From: an uncultured Verrucomicrobiota bacterium
GTDB lineage: Bacteria; Verrucomicrobiota; Verrucomicrobiia; Limisphaerales; UBA9464
Reading direction: 5' to 3'
DNA length: 28,145 nt
Assembly: GCA_903930165.1 (NCBI GenBank)
Contig: CAIYXO010000575.1
Coordinates: forward strand, 1-28,145
This document shows positions 25,771 to 28,145 of this stretch, in pieces. Each line of letters opens with the position of its first letter. Position 1 is the first letter of the stretch. Position numbers and translations under genes: made by a program. The notes beneath the pieces are model-generated. The model did no database searches and was not told the origin of the DNA. It was given only the letters and a program-made list of their open reading frames with translations.

Positions 25771-25898
25771 ACTTAGAACTAGCTTTGTGGCCTTAGGGGA
25801 CGGTTTCACCGGAGTGGGCACCCAACTGCACTTGTGACGGCCGAGGCTTCTATGAGAAAGCGGCGGCCGCCGCGAGGAGAAGTTTTGGGGTGTTGCCC

Positions 25899-25918
25899 CC
25901 ACGTTGTTCACAACGTGG
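25899..25918. repeat. Perfect 8-bp inverted repeat overlapping two DnaA-box-like sites
   Basis: CCACGTTG-TTCA-CAACGTGG. Confidence 0.75.
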
Positions 25919-25936
25919 AAAACCGCCCAGAAAAGA

Positions 25937-26113
25937 CTACTTCTTCTTGGCCGGGGCCTTCTTGGCGGGGGCGGCCTTGGCCGGAGCCTTCTTGGCGGGG
26001 GCCTTCTTGGCGGGGGCGGCCTTGGCGGGGGCGGCCTTGGCCGGAGCCTTCTTAGCGGGAGCCTTCTTGGCGGGAGCCTTCTTGGCGGCTTGCTGCTTTT
26101 CGGTAGCGGGCAT
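25937..26113 (-). CDS. 58-aa Lys/Ala/Pro-rich histone H1-like (PAKK-repeat) basic microprotein
   Basis: ATG 26113 to TAG 25937 encodes MPATEKQQA-(AK[K/A]AP)x9-AKKK. SD AGGAG is 9 nt upstream (26123-26127). Variation between repeat units is mostly synonymous third-position changes. It is too short for the ORF track. Confidence 0.85.
   Translation of the reverse strand: MPATEKQQAAKKAPAKKAPAKKAPAKAAPAKAAPAKKAPAKKAPAKAAPAKKAPAKKK
25952..26086 (-). repeat. Nine tandem 15-bp coding repeats
   Basis: Minus-strand unit consensus GCC AAG (AAG/GCC) GCY CCS, repeated 9 times without spacers. Confidence 0.9.
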
Positions 26114-26158
26114 GGATTTGTACTCCTGTTGGTTTGTTGGTTCTCTCTGCGCTTTGCG

Positions 26159-26559
<401 letters not shown>

Positions 26560-26625
26560 TCCGATTTCACAAAAACGTGCGCGGACTTCCCGCTTGTCGG
26601 CACTGATGTCAGGGTCGCTTCCACC

Positions 26626-27798
26626 GTGCGCGAACGATGGCAGAAGTACACCGAGGAGGCCGAGACCTATCTCCTCGCCGTCATCCTGGACGGCCTCCCC
26701 GGCCGCAAGGCCGACATCATCCGGACCTTGCTGGCGGGCCTTTCGCACGTCTTCGCCGGCATCGTGAAGCTTCGCCGGCTGCTCTATTCGCTTCGCATCC
26801 TCCGGGACTCCACGCTCGGCGTCCAGGTGATCGCCGTGGGCAACCTCACCGTAGGAGGCACCGGCAAGACGCCGGTCGTCGAGAAGTTCGCACGGGCCCT
26901 CCAGGACGCCGGACGCAAGGTCGCCATCCTCTCCCGCGGATATCGCTCCCGTCCGAAGCCGGTCAGCGAACGGCTGCTCGACAAGCTCCTGCTCCGCGAG
27001 GACACCACGCCCCCGCGCATCGTCTCCGACGGCCACTCGCTGCTCCTCGATTCGGAGACCGCCGGCGACGAACCCTACATGCTCGCGTCCAACCTGAGGG
27101 ACGTCGTCGTCCTCGTGGACAAGGACCGCGTGAAGGCCGGCCGCTATGCGGTGGAACATTTCGGCTGCGACACGCTGCTCCTCGACGACGGCTTCCAGTA
27201 TTGGCGGCTCGCAGGACGCCGGACGGACGTCGTGCTCATCGACTGCCAGCAGCCGTTCGGCAACGAGTACCTGCTTCCGCGCGGCACCCTGCGGGAGCCC
27301 CCGTCCCATCTCGCCCGCGCCAGCGTGATCTTCCTCACCAAGAGCGACGGACGCACCGCGGCCCTGCGGGAACGCATCCACCAGCTCAACCCGCGGGCGG
27401 ACGTCATCGAGTGCCTGCACCATCCGCTGTACTTCGAGGACGTCTTCACCGGCGAACGCCATGGCCTCGACCTGCTCCGCGGACGGAAGGTGGCGAGCCT
27501 CACCGGCATCGCGCAACCGGAGTCCTTCGAGTCCAAGCTGGCGGACCTGGGCGCCGAGATCGTCCTCGCCCGCCGGTTCGCCGACCACCACCGGTTCACC
27601 CAGCAGGAGGTGCTCGACGCCGTGAACCGCGGCAAGAAGCGGCGTGCCGACATGCTGCTCACCACCCAGAAGGACGCCGTGCGGTTCCCCAAGCTCGATC
27701 GCCGGGACCTCCCGGTCTACTTCATGCGCGTCGAGATCAAGATCCTCGCCGGCGCCGAGGGTTTCGACGAGGCCGTCCGACGCATCTGCTTCCGCTGA
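26626..27798 (+). CDS. lpxK: Tetraacyldisaccharide 4'-kinase (lipid A biosynthesis)
   Basis: 390 aa, GTG start, with VIAVGNLTVGGTGKTP, ILSRGY, GDEPYML, LLLDDGFQ, LLPRGTLREP, FADHH and LLTTQKDAVR. Confidence 0.95.
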   Translation: MRERWQKYTEEAETYLLAVILDGLPGRKADIIRTLLAGLSHVFAGIVKLRRLLYSLRILRDSTLGVQVIAVGNLTVGGTGKTPVVEKFARALQDAGRKVAILSRGYRSRPKPVSERLLDKLLLREDTTPPRIVSDGHSLLLDSETAGDEPYMLASNLRDVVVLVDKDRVKAGRYAVEHFGCDTLLLDDGFQYWRLAGRRTDVVLIDCQQPFGNEYLLPRGTLREPPSHLARASVIFLTKSDGRTAALRERIHQLNPRADVIECLHHPLYFEDVFTGERHGLDLLRGRKVASLTGIAQPESFESKLADLGAEIVLARRFADHHRFTQQEVLDAVNRGKKRRADMLLTTQKDAVRFPKLDRRDLPVYFMRVEIKILAGAEGFDEAVRRICFR

Positions 27799-28071
27799 TC
27801 CGCCCCGGCCGATCCGGGACCGGAATGGGGGACGGATGATGAATTACAGGGGAATGGGTCCGGACAATGGTTCGCGAACGTTATCGCTCGGAGACAAGTG
27901 GCGATTTCGGCATTGCCGGCATCGGAAGGCGAATCTAGAAACCACCCGATCGCCGGTGAAAGCCGGGGATTGGGCGGACACCGGAGAACCAACAATTCGT
28001 CCGTCCGTTCCGGGCCGGGTGCGCTTATTTCAGCAGGGTTCTCCACCCTCGCCTCCTTGGCGTGTTCGACC

Positions 28072-28141
28072 CGGGGCCCCTTTCGCGGGTGCGGCTTCCC
28101 CCGAAGCCGCACCCGCATCCCCTCTCAAGGGACGGGCCCCG
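28072..28141. other. GC-rich branched stem-loop (three-way junction) in non-coding sequence
   Basis: P1 28072-28079/28134-28141 (8 bp perfect), P2 28085-28098/28103-28116 (14 bp perfect, CCCC loop), P3 28118-28121/28129-28132 (4 bp). Confidence 0.6.
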
Positions 28142-28145
28142 CAAC

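Larger units (their letters stand above)
25569..25936. promoter_or_regulatory. dnaA upstream region with degenerate DnaA boxes and an AT-rich tract; possible oriC or autoregulatory region
   Basis: One-mismatch boxes versus TTWTNCACA: TTATTCACC 25619-25627 (+), TTGTTCACA 25904-25912 (+), TTTTCCACG 25914-25922 (-). An AT-rich stretch spans about 25725-25790. There are few boxes and none is perfect. Confidence 0.4.

Noticed and set aside
25952-26086. Possible CRISPR array
   Set aside because: The units are 15 bp, contiguous and without unique spacers, there are no cas genes, and they encode a peptide repeat.
28095-28135. Glycine riboswitch-like strings CCGAAG...CUCUCAAGGGAC
   Set aside because: The conserved CUCUCAGG is not intact, and CCGAAG is locked in a perfect 14-bp hairpin.

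Overview
A very GC-rich bacterial chromosomal window (roughly 70% GC by eye, not computed). The gene styles suggest Verrucomicrobiota/PVC, which is an inference. It has three blocks. (1) 1-12554 is a divergent uptake-plus-catabolism cluster for an unidentified N-heterocycle. Leftward: TonB-dependent receptor, NMT1/THI5-type binding lipoprotein, and a cog0402 amidohydrolase (8-oxoguanine/pterin deaminase-like) that is cut by the window edge and missing from the ORF track. Rightward: Zn nucleobase deaminase, FAD-linked oxidoreductase, creatininase-family amidohydrolase, CocE/NonD hydrolase, ABC ATPase, permease and a second NMT1/THI5 binding protein. The divergent spacer holds a correctly spaced sigma54-type promoter and a ~150-bp imperfect palindrome. 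(2) 12716-24116 is a cell-envelope block: a GT4 glycosyltransferase split by a +1 frameshift in a C6 run, an M20/ArgE hydrolase, a double-zinc-ribbon protein, two tandem ~1225-aa FG-GAP/ASPIC-UnbV paralogues and an NDP-sugar epimerase. (3) 24174-28145 is a core block: dnaA with no adjacent dnaN and a non-canonical DNA-recognition helix, an AT-rich upstream region with degenerate DnaA boxes and palindromes, a 58-aa histone-H1-like (AKKAP)n microprotein missing from the ORF track, glnB, lpxK, and a GC-rich three-way-junction fold at the right edge. I see no rRNA, tRNA, CRISPR array or mobile element. The very long antisense ORFs in the track are high-GC shadow frames.
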